Of a stretch of 64,000 bases of DNA, positions 20,093-30,710 are shown one piece after another. The notes under the pieces were generated by a model. It was not told the origin of the DNA. It did not search any database and was given only the letters and a program-made list of their open reading frames with translations. Source of the DNA: an uncultured virus (IMG/VR IMGVR_UViG_3300034157_000062) (Duplodnaviria > Heunggongvirae > Uroviricota > Caudoviricetes); IMG/VR virus record IMGVR_UViG_3300034157_000062; one strand, 5' to 3'. Within the stretch, counting starts at the first letter, position 1. Each line of letters begins with the position of its first letter. The position numbers were made by a program, and so were the translations under genes.

Positions 20093-21946
20093 ATGAGCGG
20101 AATTATAGGTCAAATATCATTTGATAAACAAACAGACAAGCATTTTATAAAAAAAGGATTACGACTTATTGGTCATCGTGGCGAAGATGATAGCGGTTAT
20201 ATGATGACTGACTATGTGGGTATCGGACACAATCTATTAAGCATTACGGGCGATAAAACCAGACAGCCTGTATCAAATCAAGAACGAACCATCTTTGCTG
20301 CTGTAAACGGTGAATTTTATGATTATCAAGACATCATAAAAGAATTTAACATGAACGTTCAAACAAATTCAGATTCAGAAATGATTATTCAGCTCTACCA
20401 GCGAGGATTGCTTTTCAAGTATTTAGAAAATGGCAAGCTTAATGGTGAGTTTTCATTCTTCTTGTATGACAGCATTAAAAATAAAGTCTACCTTGGCCGA
20501 GATTCTTTTGGTATCAAACCACTCTATATTTACAGACACAACGAAAACGTGTATGTTTCATCTGAAATCAAAGGCTTCTTAGCATTACACAGCTTGGCCT
20601 TTGATCCTAACTCATTATACAGTGTTTTGTCTATGCAATACCATGACACTTACAATACATTATTTGATGAAGTGAAACAGGTTCAACCCGGTACCGTATT
20701 GTTGATTGATGTCAATAAACGAACATTCTCAGAAATAACCTATTTTAATATGAGTTTTGAAGAGAATACAAACACCTTCGAAGAAAACAAAATAATCTTG
20801 TTATCCACACTGAAAAATAGTGTAAGACGACGAATTGAAACCACCAAGAAAACAGGGATTGCTCTCAGTGGTGGAATTGACTCCGCATCTGTATTAGCCC
20901 TTGCCTCAGAATGTAGACCTAATCTTAATGCTTATACTATTAGTTTCAAAAATGGTCACGATTATGATGAGTTAAAAGCTGCAGAAGAAATGGCCTTACG
21001 TTATTCAGCTAATTTCACCGCGATTGAAGTGGATGAGAACACGTTGTTACAGAACCTAGAAAAGTCTTTGTATCACTCAGAAAACGTTTCTATGAACATG
21101 CATGTGGCTTCAAAATACTTACTGTTTAAGAAAATGGCCGATGATGGCTGTAAGGTATCGCTCAGTGGTGAGGGTGCTGATGAGATCTTATTGGGCTATC
21201 CCCATTTCAAGATGGACATGGGCTATGGTTTGAATATGGAGAACAATAAATATGCAAGCTTGGAAAACCTTTCTGAGATTTTAGATACTCGTAAAATAGA
21301 AAAGGAGCTGGGTTTCGTTCCAACTTTCTTAAAAACAAAATATGCATTAGGGTTTAAAATGCATACGCATACCTTACGTGATGATTACTTGGCCCATTAT
21401 GTAAACCATGATCCGGCCAGTTATATTATTCGTTTGTATGAGTTATCGAAAAGCAATAAACCCGTCTTTAATTCCAGTATTCTGTGGAGTAAAATAGGTA
21501 TGAGCAATTATGTTCTCAATGCTTTATGTGACAAAGTTGAGATGGCTCACACCATTGAAGGTCGTATTCCATTCTTAGACAGAGAGTTCTATAACTTTGC
21601 CAGAACCATTCCCCTTGACCAAAAAATTCATATGGGTCAAGAGAAGTATATACTCAAAGAAGCGATGAAGCCATTTATCACTGAGACTATTTACAACCAA
21701 GAGAAACAACCGTTTATTTCACCACCTTTGTTTAACTGGCAGAACAGTAAGTTTGTGTATGAACACTTAATGGATGTGGTGCATTCTTCAACTATTTTGA
21801 ACAGTCATTGTTTTGATCAGGCTAAAATATTGAACATGATCGATTTAATCAAACAAGGCAAACTAGAAGCCGGAAGTTATGACCAAGTGATTATGATGAT
21901 TTTTAGTTTGTATTATCTTGATAAAAACTTTTGTAGAAATCCGTAA
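20093..21946 (+). CDS. asnB: asparagine synthetase B-like amidotransferase (N-terminal Cys replaced by Ser)
   Basis: HRGED, NGEFYD, RDSFGIKPLY, LSGGIDS, SGEGADE, EGRIPFLD; starts MSGI. Confidence 0.88.
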   Translation: MSGIIGQISFDKQTDKHFIKKGLRLIGHRGEDDSGYMMTDYVGIGHNLLSITGDKTRQPVSNQERTIFAAVNGEFYDYQDIIKEFNMNVQTNSDSEMIIQLYQRGLLFKYLENGKLNGEFSFFLYDSIKNKVYLGRDSFGIKPLYIYRHNENVYVSSEIKGFLALHSLAFDPNSLYSVLSMQYHDTYNTLFDEVKQVQPGTVLLIDVNKRTFSEITYFNMSFEENTNTFEENKIILLSTLKNSVRRRIETTKKTGIALSGGIDSASVLALASECRPNLNAYTISFKNGHDYDELKAAEEMALRYSANFTAIEVDENTLLQNLEKSLYHSENVSMNMHVASKYLLFKKMADDGCKVSLSGEGADEILLGYPHFKMDMGYGLNMENNKYASLENLSEILDTRKIEKELGFVPTFLKTKYALGFKMHTHTLRDDYLAHYVNHDPASYIIRLYELSKSNKPVFNSSILWSKIGMSNYVLNALCDKVEMAHTIEGRIPFLDREFYNFARTIPLDQKIHMGQEKYILKEAMKPFITETIYNQEKQPFISPPLFNWQNSKFVYEHLMDVVHSSTILNSHCFDQAKILNMIDLIKQGKLEAGSYDQVIMMIFSLYYLDKNFCRNP

Positions 21947-22093
21947 GCGATAATGTAATAAAAAAGTTAACAAATATAACAGCCTTCATGGCTGTTTTTT
22001 GTTGATATATTGTTTTAATTTTGATATGATAGCCGAGATTTTATAACAATTATTCGCGGATAATTATTATAACAAAGACGATAAGGTATTAAC

Positions 22094-22801
22094 ATGAATG
22101 AAATAGATGAAGTAAAAATACAAGAAATGATTGATGAGACATTGAGAAAAGGTAAGGAAACTATGGAGATCATACGACCTATTTTTAATAATGTCATTGA
22201 TCTCTCTATTCCATCTGATTTTTATACTCGTGAACTTGAATACATTTTATCATACGATAATCCAGACCAACCTTTTTATGGTTCGTATTACATGGGGTGG
22301 TATGATGCCAAAAGTGAGTGCATAGACATTGATATAAAATCAGAAAAAGGTTTTGATTTATTTTTTGAGGTTTTCCCAACAGCTCCCAAAATAGATATTG
22401 CACACATTAATCAAGTCATTAATGAATTTAGATTTATGTATGCCTTTATATTGGGTAAAGATATATTTTATCAGGTGACGAGTATGGAAGATCTTAAAGA
22501 CAATTATCGCTGGGATGGTGAAAACTATCGTTTTACAGTGCGGTTATTAGATGAATCTATTTTTGATCAAGAACACTTTTCTATTAAAGTATTCTATGAT
22601 ATTTGCACGAAAACCTGTAAGATTAATCAATCCTATAAATATGAATTTATGCATCCTGATATTGCTGTTTCTTTTGAATCCTTTGATTCAATAGCTTTCA
22701 TTAAAGAAAGTTTTTTTCAACATGTTGCTAAAATGATGAATAAATCAGTTAATGAAATACGATTAATTGATTATAAAGTATTACCGATGTTAAATTGTTA
22801 A
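22094..22801 (+). CDS. hypothetical protein, paralog of ORF 19315; Met(-4) motif
   Basis: ends DYKVLPMLNC. Confidence 0.75.
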   Translation: MNEIDEVKIQEMIDETLRKGKETMEIIRPIFNNVIDLSIPSDFYTRELEYILSYDNPDQPFYGSYYMGWYDAKSECIDIDIKSEKGFDLFFEVFPTAPKIDIAHINQVINEFRFMYAFILGKDIFYQVTSMEDLKDNYRWDGENYRFTVRLLDESIFDQEHFSIKVFYDICTKTCKINQSYKYEFMHPDIAVSFESFDSIAFIKESFFQHVAKMMNKSVNEIRLIDYKVLPMLNC

Positions 22802-22811
22802 GGAGCTTTAG

Positions 22812-23447
22812 ATGTTATATGTTGATTACGATGTATTCATGAGAGATATTCAATCGGAGTTAGATATTTCGCTTCCTGAGTATACTCGGCATTCTGGTTA
22901 TTTTGATGACAAAAATTTCATTTCATGCAATCGAAAGGATGATGAGCTTATTTTAATGGAAGTGGCGATACAACACAATGAAGATTACAGTTCGAACGAT
23001 GTCAGTTTTAAAATCCCTTTTGAGATACATGATAAACAAACAGTTTTTAACTATCCAATTCATAATACTCAAATAATGGATGGTGTTAAAAAGTTTAATG
23101 ATTACCTGCCTGTGTATCATTCTATTGCGGTGGCTGGAAAATCCAATATTAATTTATTGGAAACCTATTATACATCTTATTTATTAATTTCTGCGAAACT
23201 TGTTATAACGAGTGATTTCTCTCGCAATCTGTGTTATGTCTTAGATGATATTTATTTTGATTTTCAGCTCAAATACAAAACACATGGATGTCATGAAACA
23301 GTTAGTGCTCAAAATATGTTTAAAAAAGTTGATGAAAAATTGATTTCTAATTTATATGGCAATCCTAGTGATTATGAAAAATTAAGTATGATTGACCGAG
23401 TTAGAGCCTATAATATTGCACAAAAATTGATAAGCACTGCAAATTAA
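22812..23447 (+). CDS. hypothetical protein, distant paralog of ORFs 23513/24117
   Basis: AGGAG RBS; YLPVYHSI resembles YLPIFKKI of ORF 23513. Confidence 0.65.
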   Translation: MLYVDYDVFMRDIQSELDISLPEYTRHSGYFDDKNFISCNRKDDELILMEVAIQHNEDYSSNDVSFKIPFEIHDKQTVFNYPIHNTQIMDGVKKFNDYLPVYHSIAVAGKSNINLLETYYTSYLLISAKLVITSDFSRNLCYVLDDIYFDFQLKYKTHGCHETVSAQNMFKKVDEKLISNLYGNPSDYEKLSMIDRVRAYNIAQKLISTAN

Positions 23448-23512
23448 GTAGCTATATTCATCGTAATTTGATATAATGTCGCATTAGAAAATTATAGATA
23501 AGGTCAATAACG

Positions 23513-24115
23513 ATGAAAACATTCAATGATGAGAAATTCCTTAAAACCTTTCAGTCTTATTTTGATTTAAAAGTTGAAAAAGGTCGCACGACTTTTTACT
23601 ATGGCAAGAAAGATCTCACCATTTATTACAACAACGAAAATTATCTAACTTCTAATGACCTGCGTATTATGGTTATGGATTTTAAGTATAGTGAGAATAT
23701 TGAAAACCTTTCCTTATTTGTTCGTATTCCATTAGATAATGGTTTCAAAAAAAGCAATGGAATGGTTATCAACAGCTCACTGATTAAAAGTAATCTCCAT
23801 AAAGCTAAAATGTATTTACCTATTTTTAAGAAAATCACCAGTGCTTCTTATAATGGAAGACCTTATTTGAACATTAAGTGTGATGTTGAACAGGTGAATG
23901 ATGAACGAGGTATTTTACGCCATAAAATTAGCAATGTGAGCTATGAGTTTGAAGTCTCATTTAATGTTAAAGAAAACGGTCAATCTGACAACTGTACTGA
24001 TTTTATCGGTTATGTTGACAGCTACCTTGAATCGTATTTCTCAAAAGCCAATCTTGATATGGACGGCGTTGATTATAAACGTAAGTTAGAACTGTATGGC
24101 ATGATGGAGATTTAA
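23513..24115 (+). CDS. hypothetical protein, paralog of ORF 24117; Met(-4) motif
   Basis: ends LELYGMMEI. Confidence 0.75.
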   Translation: MKTFNDEKFLKTFQSYFDLKVEKGRTTFYYGKKDLTIYYNNENYLTSNDLRIMVMDFKYSENIENLSLFVRIPLDNGFKKSNGMVINSSLIKSNLHKAKMYLPIFKKITSASYNGRPYLNIKCDVEQVNDERGILRHKISNVSYEFEVSFNVKENGQSDNCTDFIGYVDSYLESYFSKANLDMDGVDYKRKLELYGMMEI

Positions 24116-24116
24116 A

Positions 24117-24707
24117 ATGAAAAATAAGAATTTTGAATTTGATGTTTTTTTTAAATTTTTACAAGATTATTTTGGATTAGATATGACAACAGGCACATCT
24201 AGATACTATCCGATTAATAAGTTGATGACGATTCATTACAATTTTGGTTCATCTCGAATAGTTACCTTGGATTTTAAATTTAATAAGAATATTGATGATG
24301 TTATTGTCGATATTAGAATCCCTATTGATTATAATTTTAATCAAGCTAATGGTGCTAATTTTAATGGAATAGAAATTCAAGAAAAAATTAGTGAAGCCAT
24401 TCATTATTATTCAGCCTTTAAAAAAATTGTTGATGTTTCGGAAGAATATGAACCTTATTTAAATATTAGTTTCATAGCGAAACAATGTATAGATGAGAAA
24501 AAGCATGTATCTTATCAAATATCACCCGTTAATTATAATTTTGAAATGACGTATAATGATAAGAAAACAGGTAGGGAAGATAATTCTAAAAATTTTATTA
24601 AATTTGTAGACGGTTATTTAGAATTTTATTTTAAAGAAAAAGATTTAGATATTTCTGATGTCAATTATCAGTATAAAATAGACTTATATAGTATGATGGA
24701 GATTTGA
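24117..24707 (+). CDS. hypothetical protein, paralog of ORF 23513; Met(-4) motif
   Basis: ends IDLYSMMEI. Confidence 0.75.
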   Translation: MKNKNFEFDVFFKFLQDYFGLDMTTGTSRYYPINKLMTIHYNFGSSRIVTLDFKFNKNIDDVIVDIRIPIDYNFNQANGANFNGIEIQEKISEAIHYYSAFKKIVDVSEEYEPYLNISFIAKQCIDEKKHVSYQISPVNYNFEMTYNDKKTGREDNSKNFIKFVDGYLEFYFKEKDLDISDVNYQYKIDLYSMMEI

Positions 24708-25547
24708 ATGGAAGTTAAACAAAAAACAGTTAATTCGGTTGACATTGAAGAAATCTCAGCGATTAGAGTTTCGCAGTTTATTAGAACATTTGCAGAAGAC
24801 ACACTGCTTGTTCATTGCAATGAGTTAACTATTAAAAAAGATGAACCTATAAAAAACAAATCAACTTTGAATAAAAACAATTGGAATAATAAAGGTCATT
24901 TAAAACAAAACCAAATTTCAATTTATGATTTTAAATTTAATACAGGTGCATCAAGTGTTAACAAGAATAAATCAGCTTACATTTTTAAATATTATGAATT
25001 TTTTAAAGATATTCAAGGAAAGGCTTACTATTCAAATGGGAATATTATTCGGGTTGTTCTGTCTTTTTATGGCGACCAAAAGACTATGCTAAATTTTGTT
25101 AAATTTAACAATGAATGCCATACGATTATTGATCGCTATTATCGACTTTCATTAGCAGCTATTAAAGACAATAATTCCAGCAATACAATTCTTCGTGGGC
25201 GTATTGAATGTTCATTTCAAATAAAGAACGGAAACTCTTATATTGAACATATTATTAGTGACGAAAAAATTGGGCCAAAATCATATGTGCAAAAAATACT
25301 AGGAGGACAAACATCTCAGAGCATGTCCAGCGTATTACCTAATCTATTGTTAGCAGTTGTGGATAAAAAGGATAATTTTTACGAAAACTTTATGATTAAA
25401 TTTGAAAACAACTCTATTAAATCTATTGTATCAAAAAAGTTGCACCAATTACAAAATTGTTTTCATGATTTTCCAAAATTAGATGAGTTGGTTCGGTCAC
25501 ACTCTTTTGATGATTATTTAGTTGTTTTAGAAATGGAAAAAATTTGA
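24708..25547 (+). CDS. hypothetical protein with Met(-4) motif
   Basis: abuts upstream stop; ends YLVVLEMEKI. Confidence 0.7.
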   Translation: MEVKQKTVNSVDIEEISAIRVSQFIRTFAEDTLLVHCNELTIKKDEPIKNKSTLNKNNWNNKGHLKQNQISIYDFKFNTGASSVNKNKSAYIFKYYEFFKDIQGKAYYSNGNIIRVVLSFYGDQKTMLNFVKFNNECHTIIDRYYRLSLAAIKDNNSSNTILRGRIECSFQIKNGNSYIEHIISDEKIGPKSYVQKILGGQTSQSMSSVLPNLLLAVVDKKDNFYENFMIKFENNSIKSIVSKKLHQLQNCFHDFPKLDELVRSHSFDDYLVVLEMEKI

Positions 25548-25628
25548 TTCAATGCCTTATAGTGTTAATAAAACTTGACATATAATTGTTATAAAGTATT
25601 ATAATGTTTAAACAATAACAATAAATAT

Positions 25629-26276
25629 ATGTCATTTAAAATAACTTTACCTCTATTAATCGGTATTATTAGTGTTAACTCATTTGCCGATTATACAGTC
25701 ATCTACCCTGTTAAATATATTTCATTTAAAAACATAGTTAAATGGGAAGCAACAGACTCACAGTATTCAGAATGGGTCAATGTAGGCAGTCCTAGTAATT
25801 GTAAAATACAATCTCCATTAGAAAACACAATGCCAACAGGTCAGGGTTATGAAAAATCATTTTCTAAATGTGATATCAATCAGGAAAGAACAGTAACTCA
25901 ATATCTTGTCAGAAAAGACACTGGTGAGACAAAACCTAATGGCACGTCACAAGAAAGTAGAGTATTCAGTGATTATTCTTATAAGGCACAAAGTATCGGA
26001 ACAATGCCAATAGAAGAATGTCGTTATTCAATGTCTGGCAAGAATTTCCACTGGTATGATGTATCCCGTGCTGTTGGTGCAACGGATGGTAAGGGTTCAG
26101 TATTAACATGGGATGGCGTTCAAGTGAAAACTACGATGGGTGTAGGTGGTGGTAATCAACCAACAGAATTTGTAGTCGGTTCTTACAAGTATAAACGTTC
26201 AACCTTTCAATATAAATCACTTTATAACGATAGCTTATGGTATCACTACTACCAAATATGCAGAACAGCTATTTAA
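25629..26276 (+). CDS. secreted protein with one ~90-aa Trp/Cys repeat and variable C-terminal domain
   Basis: signal peptide ...SFA-DYTVIYP; YSEWVNVG..NC...SP unit; ends YQICRTAI. Confidence 0.75.
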   Translation: MSFKITLPLLIGIISVNSFADYTVIYPVKYISFKNIVKWEATDSQYSEWVNVGSPSNCKIQSPLENTMPTGQGYEKSFSKCDINQERTVTQYLVRKDTGETKPNGTSQESRVFSDYSYKAQSIGTMPIEECRYSMSGKNFHWYDVSRAVGATDGKGSVLTWDGVQVKTTMGVGGGNQPTEFVVGSYKYKRSTFQYKSLYNDSLWYHYYQICRTAI

Positions 26277-26341
26277 AAAGATAGAAACAATAAAAAAGCC
26301 TGACATCGAAATCAGGCTTTTTTATTTACAACGTATTCGTC

Positions 26342-27301
<960 letters not shown>

Positions 27302-27449
27302 TCATAATTATACTTCGAAAAATAAAATTAATCAATAAGTTAGTAGATTTATTGTGGTTATGATTTCAATAGTTAAAAACTATAATATTTAATAAATAGG
27401 CAAAAAATCATTTATTTAAAACGTAAATATAAAAATATATTTTAATGTA

Positions 27450-27478
27450 TTGACAATGATATCATTGAGCCTTATTAT
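27450..27478 (+). promoter_or_regulatory. sigma70 promoter with palindromic operator in spacer
   Basis: TTGACA-17 nt-TATTAT; perfect palindrome CAATGATATCATTG at 27454-27467. Confidence 0.65.
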
Positions 27479-27484
27479 AGTATT

Positions 27485-27564
27485 AGGTAGCGTTGATTAA
27501 GTTACTTTTGCATGTTGTTCTCCGATAGTTAGAAGAAAAAATTACAGAAATGTAGTTTTTTTTT
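27485..27564 (+). ncRNA. candidate ~80-nt base-pairing sRNA
   Basis: promoter, no RBS-led ORF, anti-RBS seed CATGTTGTTCTCC, GAAA-loop terminator with long U-run. Confidence 0.5.
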
Positions 27565-27683
27565 GTCTATAATTTAATAAATTTCCTATATTCGATACAT
27601 TTTTTTTGAGTCGTATTTTAAAATTTAGTAACATTATTTTCATTTTTATGATACAATGTAAAAATAAACACGAGGGATAAAAT

Positions 27684-28502
27684 ATGAGTACTGAAATGAC
27701 TCCAATGAAACGATACAGCACTGGCCTAAGCAACCTTAAAATGCACCTTAATAGTGTATCGAAAAGGACTGAATTGAATAAAACGGCTTCTAAAAGCAAC
27801 CATGATGGCGGCTATTCAAAAGGTGTTGAATCTGATTTTATCCTTATCTTCAAAGACCACCACTCAGACACATCTTTTGCTTTGGTGTTTGAATACATGG
27901 ACCTTCCTGCTGATAAGCAACGTGTTGTTGGCAGTATTAAGACAGGTGATGACAGTATCAAGACCAGCTACAACATGACGTTGGAAGATTTTAAATCTAA
28001 TCTCAATTCATTGAATAAAGATTTGAACATTGCTCAAACAAAAGGAGGTTACGACTTCCCAGAAGCTTTGTCTCTTTTCTCTAAGCACATGTTGAAAGAA
28101 GTGATTGACTTCAAAAATGATTTGAAGCAAGCTACCAGCACTGTGAGCAAGTTCCTAACAAGTAAGTTGAAAGAACTTGAAAATGCTGGCTATGAAGAAA
28201 TGATTGCTAATGCAGAAAAGGCACTGGATAAAGCACAAAGATCAGTGGCTAAAAAGATTGCAGATTCTCCATTGACCATTGAGAGAAAAGAGCTTGTTGA
28301 AAGAATTAGAGAGCTTGACCGCCTTATGGACGAAGAAAGAAAAACGTTTACTCAGAAAGCAGATATTACGGGTAAGAAACAAGCCGTGGCTGATAGTCAT
28401 AAAGCTTTGGCTGATAAACGTCTAGAGATTGATAAAGAAGTTGATGTTAAACTTGAAGCTTTCCCAGTAACAGTAAGAAACAGAGTTAAAAACTCAATTT
28501 AA
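27684..28502 (+). CDS. coiled-coil hypothetical protein
   Basis: 272 aa, GAGGGA RBS, heptad-rich C-terminal half. Confidence 0.75.
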   Translation: MSTEMTPMKRYSTGLSNLKMHLNSVSKRTELNKTASKSNHDGGYSKGVESDFILIFKDHHSDTSFALVFEYMDLPADKQRVVGSIKTGDDSIKTSYNMTLEDFKSNLNSLNKDLNIAQTKGGYDFPEALSLFSKHMLKEVIDFKNDLKQATSTVSKFLTSKLKELENAGYEEMIANAEKALDKAQRSVAKKIADSPLTIERKELVERIRELDRLMDEERKTFTQKADITGKKQAVADSHKALADKRLEIDKEVDVKLEAFPVTVRNRVKNSI

Positions 28503-28544
28503 TGTAAATTTGATGTAATAAAAAAGGAGCCTAGGCTCCTTTCT

Positions 28545-29255
28545 TTATTTCATTTTATTAGTAAAATTTTCAATATCTTTTTCTTTTGTCGATTGTATAT
28601 ATATTGAACCACCCACAACAACTAATGCTGATATAAATCCCCATGTTATGGTTGATGATGTAAATGTATGTAGACTTAACATACTATGAGTAATCATAAG
28701 TTTTACAGTAAAAAATATTGGCATAAATCCACATATAGCACAAATCAACTTGACCATTTTAATATTTACTTCTGGATAATTCTCTTTTGTTGCTTTAAAG
28801 TCATGTTTAAAAGCTAGTTTAAAGTTCATCAATGTTGATACCACTGGGGTTAGAAATCCAATAAAAGCTAAAATAGCAATAATAATATCTTTTGTTCCAA
28901 GTCTTTTTAGTGAGTTCACTACTTTTATTTTTTCTGATTTAACTTGATTATCTGCTGATTCGTCAATATTGTTCTTTGAGTAAGTTACTATTCTATTATT
29001 TTTTTCACCAATGTAAAGAATATCACCAATTTCGATATCATTTTCTGTTGCTTTTAATGAAAATAGTTGTCCAGTTTCCTCATTTTCAATAGTATAATGG
29101 TATACTTGCTTTTTTTCAGTAGTATCATGATCAATTTCTTCTTTCGTAGCTAGTCCAAAAAAATTTTTCCCATAATATACTGATACTATATGTTCACCTT
29201 CAGTAATTGTATGTTTTCTTTTTTCTCTTACTATAGTTTTATTAATTTTTAACAT
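28545..29255 (-). CDS. membrane protein
   Basis: soluble N-terminus plus about three C-terminal hydrophobic segments. Confidence 0.7.
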   Translation of the reverse strand: MLKINKTIVREKRKHTITEGEHIVSVYYGKNFFGLATKEEIDHDTTEKKQVYHYTIENEETGQLFSLKATENDIEIGDILYIGEKNNRIVTYSKNNIDESADNQVKSEKIKVVNSLKRLGTKDIIIAILAFIGFLTPVVSTLMNFKLAFKHDFKATKENYPEVNIKMVKLICAICGFMPIFFTVKLMITHSMLSLHTFTSSTITWGFISALVVVGGSIYIQSTKEKDIENFTNKMK

Positions 29256-29259
29256 TCTT

Positions 29260-29988
29260 TTAAACTCCCCTTAACTGTTTTTTGATTTTATAAGCATATT
29301 TTTTTATATTGATACAATTAATAACTCTATTAATCGAGACAACAGTCGAAATTATTATGCCACCCGATATATAACCTAACATACTAAGTAAAAAGACTTT
29401 TGCCCCGCCAGTGTACCAATAGTAAGTAAAATAGACATTAAAGATTATTAATATTAAATATAATAAAGCTTTTAATAGACTTCTACTTTCAAGATTGCCA
29501 TCAGAATAATTGTATAACTTAAGTTTTTTCGGTTCGAATATACTTATAAGTGATAAGACTGGTATACTAAATATTGCTGCTGTATATGCAAAATCTCCAA
29601 GATCAAAAAAAGATAGGTTAGGAAAAACATTTTTTATTAAAATGGGATCAGCATTTTTATAAGGGACGTAACCTAATATCTTTTTATCATCATTTACATA
29701 AAATTTTATTGTACTATTTTCAATAGGTAAAAAGTCATCTTCTAAAATAATGCCTTTATATTTCTCATTAGTTTTTTCATCAATGCAATCTATTTCTGTT
29801 TTGGTATAATTTTCATAGGTTGTTTTACTACCTTGACCAGCATATTCAAAAATTTCTGTACCATCTTTTTCAAATTTATCAGTGCTATTTTGATAGGTAG
29901 TAGATTTTGTTTTATGATGTGTCATCATTTGTACAGTTTTACGTACGATTTTTAAGTCTAATAGTTTTCCGTTCATAAAAACTCCCAT
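29260..29988 (-). CDS. membrane protein (same architecture as ORF 28545)
   Basis: soluble N-terminus plus about three C-terminal hydrophobic segments. Confidence 0.7.
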   Translation of the reverse strand: MGVFMNGKLLDLKIVRKTVQMMTHHKTKSTTYQNSTDKFEKDGTEIFEYAGQGSKTTYENYTKTEIDCIDEKTNEKYKGIILEDDFLPIENSTIKFYVNDDKKILGYVPYKNADPILIKNVFPNLSFFDLGDFAYTAAIFSIPVLSLISIFEPKKLKLYNYSDGNLESRSLLKALLYLILIIFNVYFTYYWYTGGAKVFLLSMLGYISGGIIISTVVSINRVINCINIKKYAYKIKKQLRGV

Positions 29989-30088
29989 TTTAATAAGTTA
30001 AAAATAGGATAGATCGAAAAACAACAAAGTCAATAGCAAAAATATAAAAAATTGCTTAATAAAGGCAAAAATTTAAAAATATTTTCAT

Positions 30089-30517
30089 TTAACCCCAACT
30101 GAAATAATCAAAACATAATTTATTGTTTTCATCTAATCTTGCCTCCCTGTCTAAAAACTCTTCAAAGTCGTAATACTGGATATCGACTGAATCAGTTATT
30201 GGATCACCGGAATATATAATGGTACCGTAACTACCATCATTAATAGAGCGAGTATCTATTATTAATCGGTCATTGGTGCTGTTGGTATAAACAACCACTA
30301 AATTTTTACGAATAGCGTCAGTGCTGTCATCAATATCAATATTGAAATCATTACCATTACCTAACTCTTCTAATGCAAGCTATTTACCAGAACCTTTATC
30401 ATTTGAATGTTCGACACCTTCAAAATCTTTTATAAATTTAACATAAGACATAGGCAATTTCAGACCTAATCGTTTTTCAGCTAACTTAACACGTTTAGCA
30501 AACGTTAATTTCTCCAT
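30089..30517 (-). pseudogene. SMI1/KNR4-family gene interrupted by one in-frame TAG
   Basis: MEKLTFAKRVKLAEKRLGLKLPMSYVKFI...GK*LALEEL continues in frame into ORF 30089-30298; TAG at 30380-30382. Confidence 0.7.
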
Positions 30518-30710
30518 GATTTACTCTCTGTTAGTATTTTCATAGTTTAATACGAAATTAAATAAATAATAGCAAACATTTTAAAAAGTTAAATATTTAA
30601 GCCAGTGTCAAAAAACTAACATCCATAAAATTATCTAATATATACTTGATAATTAATTGATTTTACAAAGGAAACATATACAATAATATAGATACACATC
30701 AAGAATAATA

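Noticed and set aside
27502..27523. Minus-strand mini-ORF MQK with a good RBS
   Set aside because: Promoter and terminator polarity favour a plus-strand sRNA; no minus-strand promoter was identified, though it is not fully excluded.
30380..30382. Genome-wide TAG recoding
   Set aside because: Other genes end normally at TAG (uvsE, ORF 54168) and long ORFs are intact under the standard code.
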